A DNA stretch of 64,000 nucleotides from Octopus vulgaris (taxonomy: Eukaryota). Position 1 is the stretch's first letter. Every line of letters begins with the position of its first letter. The DNA is taken from NCBI GenBank assembly GCA_951406725.2, contig OX597815.1, positions 149,482,001 to 149,546,000 on the forward strand, written 5' to 3'. Shown here one piece after another: positions 26,656-40,829 of the stretch. The translations under genes were made by a program, and so were the position numbers. Under the pieces are notes generated by a model, which was not told where the DNA came from, did no database searches, and worked only from the letters and a program-made list of their open reading frames with translations.

Positions 26656-26744
26656 TATATCTATATCTCTTTCCTTATAAATGTCCAGAAAACTCTTCTC
26701 AGCCTTGGCCTTCTTATCTTATTTTGTCTAATGCACACATACAC

Positions 26745-26838
<94 letters not shown>

Positions 26839-26864
26839 GTGTGAGTGTGCGTGGGTATGTTTTT

Positions 26865-26975
26865 CTTCAGGTTTATTTCAAGATTTCTTGCCAATAAAGA
26901 AAGAGCCTTGGATCTAACCTAGATCCAAGGCTACTTCATTGTAATTTCAACAACATCAACTGGATATTTTTGTAT
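26865..26975 (-). mobile_element. 3' UTR fragment of the LINE family seen at 61735-62880
   Basis: Reverse complement of 62770-62875. Confidence 0.8.
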
Positions 26976-27865
26976 ATATGTATATATGTATGTACAGAGA
27001 TTGATTCCGTGCTTCAAATTCTATACCGAAACATTCGGCCATGACGTGCCTACAGAATTGCACTTTCTTTATTGTACTCTGCATTGTCTTCGAACTCAGA
27101 AATCCTGATCTTTCAGCGAACTTTTTTAACCAGACGGCTATGCGTATACTCTATAATTAAGTCTTTAAAAAATTTTTAAACGTGGATATGATAATGCATA
27201 AATCATTTCAGTTCTCATATTACATTATAATGATCTGTTAAAGAAAATGTTCAAACCTAATTACAATTCTGTTTATTTCTTAAATATGTTTCTCTTATAT
27301 GAGTGCTATGTTTTGTTTTATTTACATTTCTTCTATGCTTTTAAATTTCAGTAATAACCTTATTTGATATCAATCAAAACCAATATATTAACAAAAGGTT
27401 ATAATTATAATGAATATAGAAATGAATGATTAATTTCTTACACAAAATTATACATACATAAATAATTGCAATAAATTTGCTTTTTAATAATATATTAGCT
27501 AGTTATGAAATTATAATGATAATAATTTATCATTTCGAAAGAATTGACTGAAAAATTGTAAATAAAAAAGAATACAAATTTGTAAAGCAATGATTTAAGA
27601 ATTCTAGACAAAATGCTATCAAAGAGGTATCCATTGTATTATATGAGTTTGGTTAAATGAAATGACATGATCAACTGAAAGTCATTAGCTACAGCAAATT
27701 CTAGAATTAATCTTTATGATTTTATAGCTTTATTTCTCTGCTTTTACTAAAAGTATAGTTAACAATGTGTGTTTTTCCCCCCATATTGTTTTATCCACAT
27801 ACATAGACACAAACATATATATATTTACAAACATACAAATACGCACAGACACAAACACACACACA

Positions 27866-27924
<59 letters not shown>

Positions 27925-28344
27925 AAATGCATAAGCATGCATACACACACACACGCATTTATCAAATTGTATACAGTATAATTGATGTAGGATTGTTAAA
28001 TGGATTTTGAGTTTCTTTAGAAAATTGAGAGACTGTAAACTGGAAATGAACGAGCAGAAACAAAAGAATAACTGCACCAATAACTTACAGTACTGTCATA
28101 TTTTACTGTTTCAGTTATAAAACACCTTTCAAAAAGAAAGTAGGAAAACGATCTTACATCATATACACATAAAGATGTTGGGATATGACTAAACTAAGGC
28201 ATGTAGTGTTGCATGACACTGTTTGATTTGCAGTTCTCTTATTTTATCATTAAGGAATATGCATCTTAATCTTTAAATTGTGTGTGTTAGGCTTCACGAT
28301 AGGTATAACATCCTGGTTATAGCATTTCTCCAGATTCTTTTACC

Positions 28345-28570
28345 TTTTTTTTTATATGTTTCAGTCATTTTGACTGCGGCCATGCAGGAGCACCGCCTTT
28401 AGTCGAACAACTCGACACCAAGACATATTCTTTGTGAGCCTAGTACTTATTCTAACAGCTTTTGCCGAAACGCTAAGTTATGTGGACGTAAATAGCGCAA
28501 CACCGATTGACAAGTGATGGTGGGGACACTCCCACCCAATGTACATATACATATATATACATATATATGC

Positions 28571-28652
<82 letters not shown>

Positions 28653-29549
28653 CATATCACATGCCCGGTAATTTCAGAGAAAGCAGGACTTATCCCTTGG
28701 GTGCGTTCACATAATTGTTTCGCTAATCCAATAACAACAAAGCAAAATATGTAGCCCTTAACGGTTTTTGTGCATTTACAAAGAATACCGAACTGTGTTA
28801 CACAAGATCTTGTTTTTAGGAATTCCCAATAAGTTATGAATACCCAAATTCTAAAGGTAGTTATGTAAGGACATGGAATTAGTGTACCCAACAGTAAGAA
28901 TTCAAATAACCTATCCGCGAAAAGGGCTTTAGTGCGTTCCCAGAGTATATAGAACATAGGAGAAAATACTAATAAGCCATGTATACTAAAATCTTGAAGC
29001 ATGTTATGTAATAACAGACTAAGCAAATATGAGATAATAGCAATTCAAAGTAAATAACTTTGAAAATAACTTTTGTGTGTTCCCAGAGAATATTAGCCGA
29101 AATAAATGGATCTACGGATAAATTGCGAAACTAACTCCAAGAAATAAATATACAGAATTTCATTTTTAGCAAATGATTGAAGAAAATGAATTATTTTCCT
29201 TGGCTATATATAAGGATACCTTCCAAGGGCTCTATTATCGACTTTTTTCAACAATCCGAGTATAGCATGAGGTTTCCAGACATGAGTTGTATTCACGTGT
29301 CACGTTTCATCAAAATCGATAAAACGATGTAGGATTTAGGTAACAACCCCACAAGCAAACTCAGAGACAGAATTTCCCATATACATATATAAATACACTC
29401 AAACACCCATACATACATATATATATATACATATATATATCTATATGCGATGGCCTTCTTTCAGTTTTTGTCTTGTCTACCAAATCCACTTTCAGGGCTA
29501 TGCAGTTTGGGAAGCAAGTTTCTTGCCACAAAGCCCCACATGCGCCTAT
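28345..29549 (-). mobile_element. SINE family A split by a ~740-bp unidentified insertion (tail 28345-28540, head 29445-29549)
   Basis: Collinear halves around (TA)n tracts. Confidence 0.75.
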
Positions 29550-30027
29550 AGATGTTTGTTTTTTGCAGAAACGTCCTCTATACGGAAGTATTCTTTAATG
29601 TACTTGAACAAATTGCGAACCGATTCTACGGCCTCAGATCCCCCTCATTTTACTCGTTATGTCATTATCCACGAAGGAACACAAATACATAATTATATTG
29701 TTTCTCTTAAACTTATCTAGACTGTATATATGACACAAACTATTAAAATGTTTACTGCTTTCTTAGGGTTGTATATAAATCATACAAAAAGCAATTATTC
29801 TTTTCGAAACTTACTTTTGTGACATTGGGAAAAATATTCTGGCGATTCCCTATTTTCAAGAACATTTATTTTAGAGTTGCTGCTGACTTTATGAGAGATA
29901 TTTCTTCTCGGAATTGCCAGACATTTCAACATCTTGTAACAAGTTACTCCAACTTTCACCAGCTTTCTAGATTTTTCAAATCATATTAATATAGATACAA
30001 TAATCTTACGTTCGTTATTCAGTTTTA

Positions 30028-30102
<75 letters not shown>

Positions 30103-30108
<6 letters not shown>

Positions 30109-30832
30109 TGTTTGGAGATGATGTACAGGTATTTTATATTAGAAGAAATGAGGTACTCAGAAATTCGGATGGTTTTATATTTACAGATATTTTTTTGTAT
30201 ATTACATGTTTTTATACATCATATATCATATATCATATATGAGCGCTTTCGCCCATTCTAGTGGGGTTTTCCAAATTGAACTAAATTCTTGTGGAAAAAT
30301 TTGACCATTTTATAGTGTTATTGAGTGTGTAGTGGTGGGGGGATATAAGATAGTACAAGAAGGTGATGAATTGGGAGAAAGTGAGAGAGAGAGAGCATGT
30401 GTGTGCGTGTGCGTATGTATGCGTGTGTGTGTTTTTGTATCTGAAAGAAGCGTTAAAGAAAAAGAAGGAGAGGAAGAAAAGGGAGAGAAAGAAAAAAAAT
30501 GTTTTACAAGGTTCTTTTGTAGATGGTCAGGATGTTTACTCCAATGAGGCTCTAAGATCTTGGGGAAAACATTTGAACATTTATTGAGTGTGTAGTGGTG
30601 GGGAGGGATATAAGATAGTACAAGAGGGTGATGAATGGGGAGAAAGTGAGAGAGATCATGTGTGTGTACGTGTGTGTATATATGTGTGTGTGTGTGTATC
30701 TGAAGGAAGTGTTATAGAAAAAGAAGGAAAGGAAGAAAAGGGAGAGAAAGAAGACCATAAACTGTTTGTAAGACTTTCCCTTTATAAATGTTCTGAAATC
30801 TTTCACAGCCTTGGATTTTTTATCTCATTCTG

Positions 30833-30835
<3 letters not shown>
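30103..30835. mobile_element. (TA)n-bounded element with a ~270-bp tandem duplication and hammerhead remnants
   Basis: 30288-30500 ~ 30559-30752. Minus strand GAAA-GCGC-TC with stem II ccca/tggg at 30240-30275. 3' end resembles the 26277-26345 pLTR tail. Confidence 0.6.
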
Positions 30836-30877
<42 letters not shown>

Positions 30878-31573
30878 GTGTGTGCGTGTGTGTGCGTGGG
30901 GGTTGGGGTTAGAACAGTAAACTGTGTAAGATACGAAATATGCTGCAAGAATCTCTTGAACATTACTCGTGAATGGAAAAAACTTACACTTGCTCAAAAA
31001 CAATTGCTTCGTCCCATTGATTTTCGCTTCCTGTACATTCAAAAATACTGTAGTGAAAACCCACTCCAATGTGCTCCGTGATGATCTTGATAGTTTATAT
31101 CAATAACGCCCAATCAAGCAGAGCACAGAATAAATGTGACCGAGAATAATATTTGGGGAATGATACATATGAAGTTTGTCTCATAGATTGATTGTTTTTT
31201 TTTTGTTGTATCTTATGCGAATGAATAAATGCAAATTCTTTCATGTTTTCATGGGGAATAGATACATTTGAAAACCATCATCATTTAGCTCAAAAAAGTA
31301 CAATTTGTAGAGAAATAATAGGTCAAACTCCAAACAATATCTTACCAAAAGTCAATTATAACATAATAATAATTGGTGTGCTTCATGATATTACTGCTCG
31401 ATGAAAACCATTTACGGAAGAAAAATTATTAGGTAAGAAATAAATTAATAAATCTCTATGGTAACAGAAAAATTGCAATATTGTCTCTATGAGCAGGTTT
31501 TTGCAACTCTATAAAACTAATAACATTACAATTTGTTGAGAACCTTATTTGGAGATTTGTTATTATCATTTTA

Positions 31574-31759
31574 TCAATTATCTCTCTGAAGAAGTGCGTT
31601 GAGAAACCATTGTCCATTGAGAGGATTGTATATACCAACAGACAGGTCAGGAGGTGTAGAATCGTTTTCCACAGGAGAATATTCAACACTTTCGTAGTTT
31701 CTGAGCATATTCGCATCAGGAAAACTGCAGCGTTCATCTTTAGAATTAATTCTTAGCCT
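31574..31759 (-). CDS. Candidate terminal exon RLRINSKDERCSFPDANMLRNYESVEYSPVENDSTPPDLSVGIYNPLNGQWFLNALLQRDN*
   Basis: Acceptor ttgtgtatcaacag; 61 open codons in unique sequence; three YxxV/L motifs typical of receptor tails. Confidence 0.4.
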   Translation of the reverse strand, partial: RLRINSKDERCSFPDANMLRNYESVEYSPVENDSTPPDLSVGIYNPLNGQWFLNALLQRDN

Positions 31760-32564
31760 CTGTTGATACACAAATTAAATAATCCCCTACGGTTTCTATC
31801 CGTGCAAAGTTTTGTATCAGTTTGACACGATATTCAAACTCTGCAGTAACACATGTAAAGTAATTTGCCATTCTTGATAATGATATTCCTCACCAGACTT
31901 TCACATATATACGCCCGCACATACATACACGAACTAAAATAACTGGCCCCCGACTTGTGCAGCTATGCAGTGCCTTTGAAAACACTGCGTTCTCTAGACG
32001 CCCCTTGCAAATCTATCCGCATCATTTTCTATACACAGGACGCATAAAAGGAATGTGTTCTCCGAAACACTTTTCGAACTGTTATGCAGCTAATAAACAT
32101 ATTCAGTACATATAAATCTTTCGCATATTAGTGTTGATCTCCTTCGCACCATTCTGGACTCATATATACATATACTTATATGTATGTATATACATCTATA
32201 TAAATAGATGGATGCTTGCATTCAAATATCTCTGTATGAATATCTGTGTGCGTGAATAGGTGTATGCGTATATGCATACAAATAGGTTTAGAAGGAGACA
32301 TATTACATTATTATAAGTCACCTGTTCATTCAATGTATTTAGGGAGTTAGTAAGTGGCTGACATTTTAAAGATCTTCAACCATTGTTGAACTGTTCTGCT
32401 GTTACCGTATGTACACTTACTATGTTCTTGTGAATTCTTATTTAATTCTTTCACTTTTTATGCCGTAGAAAGAATGATAGTTGTTTCTCATTTTAGAGTT
32501 GATTTTGTCTTATATTACCCTTTTAGTTCCACCTGATAAGCTTTTCATACAAAACTGCTCCTAC

Positions 32565-32622
<58 letters not shown>

Positions 32623-32861
32623 CATACATAATTTAGGCGAATAAATTTGTAATGTTGTTTTGTATCGGTTCACGTTTATATTGTTTTATATCAAATTACA
32701 TGTTTCTATCAAATTTCCAGTTAAATTTATCAAATTTTCTGAAATATATTTGTCACTATACAAAATGAATGTGTATAAATATAAAAGTATGTCAAAGTAC
32801 GGCTTTTTTATTGTTCGTGTGTTGCGCTCACAATAAATAAGGTTGTGAAATACTGAAACGG

Positions 32862-33032
32862 GCTGGAGCACCGCCTTTAGTCGAGCAAATCGACTCCATG
32901 ACTTATTCTTTGTAAGCCTAGTACTTATTCCATCGGTCTCTTTTGCCGAACCGATAATTTACGGGGACGTAAACACACCAGCATCGGTTGTCAAGCGATG
33001 TTGGGGGGACAAACACATACACACAAACATAT

Positions 33033-33100
<68 letters not shown>

Positions 33101-33260
33101 GACGGGCTACTTTTAGTTTCCATCTACCAAATGCTTTCACAAGGCTTTGGTCGGCTCCAGGCTATAGTAGAACATTTGCCCAAGGTTCCACGCAGTGGGA
33201 ATGAACCCGAAACCATGTGGTTGGTAAGAAACCTACTTATCATACATATACTCCTGCGCC
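32862..33260 (-). mobile_element. SINE family A
   Basis: Reverse complement of the family consensus, with expanded internal (TA)n. Confidence 0.9.
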
Positions 33261-34897
33261 TACTGGTTACATATTTTTATACACGACCAGTGATTTTTGT
33301 GAGAAGAGTTGCATTAGAACTGAGAACGTAAAGTGCAGTAAGAAATGCCACTATGTATTTTTGTCCGACTCGCTAACGATTCTAACACCACGCCGCCGCT
33401 TTAAGTCCCTTGTTTTAGCCATTCTATTAGAAACACAACGCCTGAAATTCAAGTCGAGGGATTAGCCGATTACAGCGACGCCAGTAATCAGCTGTCTAAC
33501 ACGCATCCCTTCCCCTACGTCCAGGTAATCGCATATCAAGGGTTAGAATGACGACTTCTCTTATAGATGGTGGTCGGGAATTGATAGTGATATCGCGCGC
33601 AAGCAAGCTTACCACGTTGGTGAGTGAAAGACAAAATTATATACGTTTCTAAAGGCGAGAAATGAAAAAAAATATATATTTTGAACGTTGATAAGAAAAG
33701 ATTAAAGGATTTATAAAGATATACTGTAACCCGACTTAAAATAACTGTATTTAAAGAATTAGTCAAAGCAGTGACGACAAAACCAACGAAATACAAAGAA
33801 AAATATTAGAATATTTTAACTACTCTTATGTTTGTGAAAAGAGATGGCGAGAGAAAGAGAGCTAACAAGCTTTTAACATTCGTGAGAGAGAACTTTTTCG
33901 AATGCTGTAACTTGTTTCAAAATAACTAATTTTAAAACAAAAATGATAGGAGAACGCAAACAAGCCTCCAACAATGATGAAGAAAAAAAATTTGAAATAA
34001 AAATAATTCCATGTTTCTAATGTTGATGAGAAAAAATATCATTATCATAATGATTTTCATCATCATTATTATTTTGATATTATTAGGTACGTTTCCATGT
34101 ACTCCAAATATATACGAAAGCAACTTCCTGTTACATAAGCATACGTGGAAATAAATGTTTGTGCACAAGCCCTCTGACATTTCTGTTTGGAATATTGAAA
34201 TACAAAAAAAATAATAAAATAAAAATAAAACCTACAATAACATGCACAACTACTCGAGATTAATCCTTTGAAATACAGATTTAATTAAAAAAGCAAAATA
34301 TAAAAAAAGTATTCGTGTGTATAAAAATGCATGACGTACAATAAATAAAACTGAATGGAAACGCGCATATATTTCAATCGCACGTTAAATTCAATTCATT
34401 TTAAAAAAGCGGAAATGGCTATTTGTCATTTCTGCAATCCATCTTCCATTGTTCTATGCTTGGCTGTTAATTGAATAGATGTGTTGCCAGTGAATATATC
34501 GTTTATAACCAGTTTCTTTGTATTAATTTCATATATATTTAAGGATATTAAAGAAAAATAACCATAAAACCGGATTTCTCATTCAGCTAAGATATTTAAA
34601 AAAAAATTTAATGTGTCAGTTTATTTACGTGTTTGTTGTGCGCTTGTAAAAAAAATGTTTCTGTGTGTATATGTGATTATATATACACACAGCAACAAAA
34701 ATATGACAGAAGAGGATCCCCATAAACTGGTTACCATATAATCAAAACTGAAAACATAATAAAATAAAATACACAGATAAATAAACAAATGGAAGTAAAT
34801 AATTATATACATTTTTATAAAACTTTTAATTTAAAAAAATGTTTATTATTATTCATAGTATTGTTGTAATACATACATACAAGGATACAAGCATATG

Positions 34898-35330
<433 letters not shown>

Positions 35331-35345
35331 AATAATAATAATAAT

Positions 35346-35595
35346 AAAGGGTAAAGACCCCCTTCGGTCATGAATGACCATGGGATTGCACCTAGAAATT
35401 TACCCTCCTAGACACAAGTCCGGGCAAGGTTGTTTATGGAAGGCCAGCAGTCGCCCATGCATACCAGCCTCCCCTCCACGCCACCAGTGTTATCCAAGGG
35501 AAAGACAAAGGTCGATACAGCTTGGCACCAGTGACGTCGCAACTCATTTCTACAGCTGAGTGAACTGGAGTAACGTGAAATAAAGTGCCTTGCTC
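35346..35595 (-). mobile_element. CORE-like SINE family D, head missing
   Basis: Minus strand gagcaaggcactttatttcacgttactccagttcactcagctgtagaaatgag is CORE-like; tail gggggtctttacccttt. Confidence 0.7.
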
Positions 35596-35596
35596 G

Positions 35597-36154
35597 AAAT
35601 GCCCTGATGCAGTACCAGGCAGTGGCTCTCATGGCTTCTGATCTTAACTGATTGGAAGTGTTATCATGTACATTGTTTTGTCTTGGTATAAAAGATGGGC
35701 TACAGCAAATATTCTGCTCAATACCACAGATTTGCTTGTCAGTTGTTTGACCGTAACCAGTTGAGCATGTCCCTTGGTGGCTGACGATATGTGCATCTCT
35801 GATCACGAGCAGAAGTAGTGGGGGAGCATCATAGCCATGTGTTGAGAGGGATTCTTTGGGGTTTGAATAATTCACCTCTGGAAACATGGGTGGTTCTTTC
35901 AACATCCTAAAACAACCCTTATTCAGGGACCTTTTGAGCGGGATGGGCTACTCAACCTGAAGAAAATTCTAACTGGGCCCCACCTGCAAGGTCATGTGCT
36001 GTTTATCTTGATATGAGATCACCATGTCGCGCACATATAGTTGTGATGCATGTGCCTTGTGTACCCTTATCAGACGGGTAGTCATGATGGGTATATTGGG
36101 CTTCGTATATTTTACCCCAGTGTCACTTTGATGGCATGCACTACTCTCTCACTC
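35597..36154 (+). mobile_element. Element C, full length
   Basis: aaatgccctgatgcagtacc...ctctctcactc(AAT)n. Confidence 0.92.
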
Positions 36155-36557
36155 AATAATAATAATAAGTGGGTGTAAACACATAAACAAAATAAGAATA
36201 AACAAAAACAAAAACAAATTACACGAACGTATATAAACAGAAGATACTAATATTACAGGCATTACTCCCACACACACACCAACTAAACATAGACGCACAT
36301 AGAGATATACGCATGCGCAAATGAAGACACATACAATAGAAATACAAAATGGCTGACGGTTAGTAAGGAGAGACACACAAATAAGAAAGAAGAAAGACCA
36401 CTGATGCGTTCACAGGAGTGTGAGGAAAGAACTCTGGCCGAAATAAGATTAAGATTATTGTAATAAATAAATAAAACTGAAGCAAAGTAACACCAAATAT
36501 ATAGTGCGTGTGTTTTTATTGGCTAAACTGGCAAAATGACCATTCTGAAATACAACA

Positions 36558-36608
<51 letters not shown>

Positions 36609-36618
36609 AAAAATGCAG

Positions 36619-36658
<40 letters not shown>

Positions 36659-36734
36659 TGCATTTTTAAATTTATTCATGCCTATATAACAACAGCACAG
36701 GGAATAGCGCTTCTAAGGAGGATGTTAATACTTC

Positions 36735-37218
36735 TCTCAAATTTTGGCCCAAGGCCAATAATTTCTGAGGAAGAGAAAGTCGATTACATCGACCCTAGTG
36801 TTTAACTGGCACTTATTTTATCGGTCCTGAAAGGATAAATGGCATAGTCAGCCTTGTTGGATTTGAAACTCAGAACGTAAAGACGGACGAAATACTGCTA
36901 AGCATTTCACTCTGCCTACAATCTATTCTGCCAGCTAGTTGCCTAAACGAATATGTTAATAGTGATGGTATGACAATGTTCGAGTTTAATGCTATTTAAT
37001 AATATTTATATTTCTTTGTTGCCCACAGGGTGCTAAACATAGAGGGGACAAACAAGAACGGAAAAAGGAATTAAGCCGATTACATCGACCCCAGTGTGTA
37101 ACTGGTACTTATTTAATTGAACCCGAAGGGATGAAAGGCAATGTCGACCTTGGCAGAATATGAACTCACAACGTAACGACAGATGAAATACCGCTTAGCA
37201 TTTTGCCCGGCGTGCTAT
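36735..37218 (-). mobile_element. Two SINE family B copies
   Basis: gattacatcgaccccagt..aactggtactta..gtcgacct..gaactc..gaaatac..agcattt occurs twice. Confidence 0.8.
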
Positions 37219-38199
37219 ACTTTATATATACTTTATATATGCAATAAAAAAAAAAAGACCTACAACCATTAAGGTTTAAAGAAGTTCCTGATTTCACTCG
37301 TGAAAAATGTGTTTATTTTAATGCAAAGTTGAGTGCCAAACTTCGTTCAGCCTACCTGCAATAAATCGCTTATTGTGTTCTGCACAAATGATATATCGAA
37401 GACTACATTATATGATGTGGATATATACTTTTAGAAAATAAGATGCCATTTGGGGTAATTTTAGCTCTTATCTCTATTATATTGATCAAACCCTTTGTGA
37501 CCACTTTTCAGAATGAATTGCACAATAGTGGCGTTTTTATTGTGCATTTTCTTTGAAGTAAGCAGCAATTCTCCCAGGAATAGAGACGAAAGTAACAAAG
37601 TTGCTAACATGGAAATTTAAAAGGTTCAAGATGTTAAATAAAAGATCCTTAAAAGTCCGTCTCATTTAAAGTGGTTTATTTTATATTTACACAACATTTC
37701 TAAGGTCTCATTATGCACACAGATATGAATTCATATTTTTTAGGGGAAAGCATCCCATATCGAATAGGCGAGAGATCGGAATTTATATTGATGAAATGGT
37801 TAGCCTATTCATCATGGGAACAGAAAATGCAAGCATTTACCCGCAGTTAGCGTTCGACCTTTTCCCAACAGTGTTTTAAAGCCTGTATATGTGTTTTAAA
37901 GCCTCTTTATTACTTGTTATATTCTAGATGTAAAAGCGATAAGATGACTAAATCATTAGCACGCCGGACAAAATGTTTGGCGGCATTTCATCCGTCTTTA
38001 AGTTCTGAGTTCAAATTCCGTCATGGTCGACTTTGCCAGAATGCATGATATGACTCCTCGTTCGTGAATTCTGGATTGCTTGAAAGTATTCGGAATTTCA
38101 CAGAATATCATGAATCTAATGAACCTTAGAATGAATGCATGTACCACTGAACTTGTATCGGTGAGGTAAAGTTTAGGCTTGTCAACATCAGGCACGAAA

Positions 38200-39785
38200 A
38201 CTTCCAGTGAGGAATTTGTTATCATTGTTAAATTGTATTGTGTGTCATGCCGCAGATTTTGATATGGATAAACACTAAATTTGGATGTGAATTTAGGATT
38301 GATGTTATCAAGAGATAAGATTAATCATCTTCGTTTTATGGATGGTCTGAAACTGTATGAGGAAGCTGAATTAACTGATTCAAACAGTGCATTGCTTTAG
38401 CGCGGACATTAAAATAAAGCTTGGACTGGAAAAGTGTTGTGTTGATTATAAAAACAAAAAAAGAATGAAAAGTAAAACCATCAAGTGGATCGTGTGAATT
38501 TACCTATGGGTGTGGTAATGAAAATAACAACCAAGGAAAGTTAGAGGTATCAGAAAATATTGGAGGTAGGCGAATTTAATGAAAGCCGAATGGAAAAGGT
38601 TTTTCTCTCAGGAGTAATACACAGGCTGAAATTCATTCTGAAAAATAAACTGAATGGACAACTGTTCTCTCGAGAGACATGAAGCAGGATTACCACAAAT
38701 GGTGAACAGAGGAACTAGTATCTTTGGATGAGAAAACAAAGAAACTACTAAGAATACACGGTGCGTTGCATAAAGTGATATTGAGCGGCTATTCTTTACA
38801 AGAAGGAAAAGGAGCTGGGATTGATAAGTTGTGAGAATATAATTCAGACAGAGGAAACAATCATTGCCTTTTATATAAAGAATGAGAGGAAGCATTACTT
38901 GTACAAGTAAGGAAGACAGGCCTATGACATACAGAATGTAGTCAACAGATGTATTGCAAATTAAGACAGAAACAAAGAAAAAAGACAACTGAAAAGTTAA
39001 ACAAATGCATGATCAGTTCTTGAAAGAATTACCAAAGAATATAGACCTAGAAACCTGATGGCTGTGATAACAAAAACCGACCTAAAATTTGGTGTGGACA
39101 ACACAGGAAAAAGCATTGAGAAAACATAAATTGGGCCAATCAACAGAATTTGATAAATCCAGAATATATGGTGAAACTGGAGAGACAGTATGGAATATTT
39201 TAAGCGAATTGGTTCGGAGAGAATGCGAAACAGGGCATAATAATGTTGCGAGAATGTAGCAAGTTTGGATAGAAATTAGTGGTAAAATGCTATGAGCATG
39301 AACCAAGAATGTGGTAGAAAATGAGTTAAGACCGAGAGGGACGTTATGATCCAAAGTGGGCATAGAACTGAAAATCAGAATCCTGATATTATACCGATAG
39401 ATGAGATAAAAGAAAATCGTGATTGATCATCGTTTGATATCGCTAATCCAGAAGACAGCAGAATTGTCGAAAAAGGAGAAAAACTGATTCGATATGAAAC
39501 CCTAGTGAGAGAATTCAAAACAAATACCTGTGTTCAATGAAAATAATTTAAATTTTCCAATAATTCTAGGTACCCTAGGTCGAGTGAGAAAAAGATTTAA
39601 AATTGGAAATAGGGACGAAAAAGAAAATAGAGTATTTCCACAACCAGCATTACTTGGCATTGCAAGAAATCTCCACGAACTTCTCCAAGACTTGAAAAGA
39701 AATTTATCACCTTGGTTCGTGGGGAGCAAACGATTGACTCGTTAATCGCATGTCCCAAAAAAACTGAGTACGTTACATAACAATA
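38200..39785 (+). mobile_element. Decayed Dong/R4-clade LINE 3' half (RT, zinc knuckle, REL endonuclease)
   Basis: NHLRFMDGLKLY; IQTVHCFSADIKIKLGLEKC; LDEKTKKLLRIHGALH; GETVWNILSE; NPDII..DIANPEDSRIVEKGEK; PIILGTLG; ALLGIARNL. Many stops and frameshifts. Confidence 0.9.
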
Positions 39786-40181
39786 ATCATTTCTATTATA
39801 GGCACAAGGCCTGAAATTTGAGGTAGGGGCATAGTCGATTACATCAACCCCAGTACGGAACTGGTATTTATTTTATAGACCCCAGAAAGGAATGAAAGGT
39901 AAAGTCGACCTCTGCTGAATGGGAATTCAGAACGTAAAATTAAATGAAATACATATTTATATATATTTTATTCTTTTATTTGTTTCAGTCATTTGACTGC
40001 AGCCATGATGGAGCGGGGCCTTTAGTCGAACAAATCGACCCCAGGACTTATTCTTTGTAAGCATGGTGCTTATCCTATCGGGCTCTATTCTGAACCGCTA
40101 AGTTATGGGGACGTAAACACACAAGCATCTGTTGTCAAGCGATAATGTGGGGACAGAGATAGGCATTTATATATATATATA

Positions 40182-40819
40182 CTAGCAGTATCGCCTGGCG
40201 TTGCTCGGGTTTGTAAGGGAAATAACTATATAAGCATTTTTAGAGAGTTATAGCCAAAAAATAGCAAAAAATGCATTAAAAATGGAAAAATTATGATGGT
40301 AAATTTTTTTTTAAATCGTTGACTCATCGTAGACATTTTTAGAGAGTTACTTTCTTTATATAATAGCGAAAAAATGCATTAAAATGGAAAAAAAAACGAT
40401 GGTAATTTATTTTTTAAATCGTAGACTCATGTAGACGCTTTCTTAGCCATTTCTGTGTTGGTGTCTTCAAGCCATGAAATCGTTGTTCTAAAAGAACACT
40501 GGTCTCCTTGACAACGCATTACGACGTTGATTTCCTTACACTCCCTTCCCCACAGGTGCAGGTGTGAGCGTGGACGCCAACTCCGCCGCCATCGACACAC
40601 GAAAAATTATGCATTAAAATGGAATAAAAAATGATGTTAAATTATTTTTTAAATCGTAGACTCATCGTAGACGCGCGCTAATATTCAGACGGGCTCGATA
40701 TGAATCACGACTATAAGCTACCCGAATTTGGTTAAACTGTACCGCAAAATGTGGGAGTAGTTAGGAATCTAAATCGAAGGGGACAGACACTCACACAACT
40801 ACAGTTTTATATATATAGA
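40182..40819 (-). mobile_element. Complete non-autonomous Helitron
   Basis: Minus strand: 5' A|TCTATATATATAAAA ... hairpin cccgagcaacgccagg ~8 nt before CTAG|T. Three internal copies of aaaatgcattaaaaatgg..aaatcgtagactcatcgtagac. Confidence 0.85.
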
Positions 40820-40829
40820 TATACATAGC

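Larger units (their letters stand above)
25780..26735. mobile_element. Penelope-type pLTR array: one inverted plus two direct copies, each with a hammerhead motif, no ORF
   Basis: Shared block gtctctgatgaaggg..atatcccagaaacag..taagac..ccttataaa..agccttgg at 25851-25898(-), 26241-26288(+) and 26608-26655(+). Flanked by (TA)n/(CA)n. Confidence 0.8.

Noticed and set aside
33880-34185. Hydrophobic TM-like reading on the minus strand
   Set aside because: T-rich low complexity, no consistent frame or donor.
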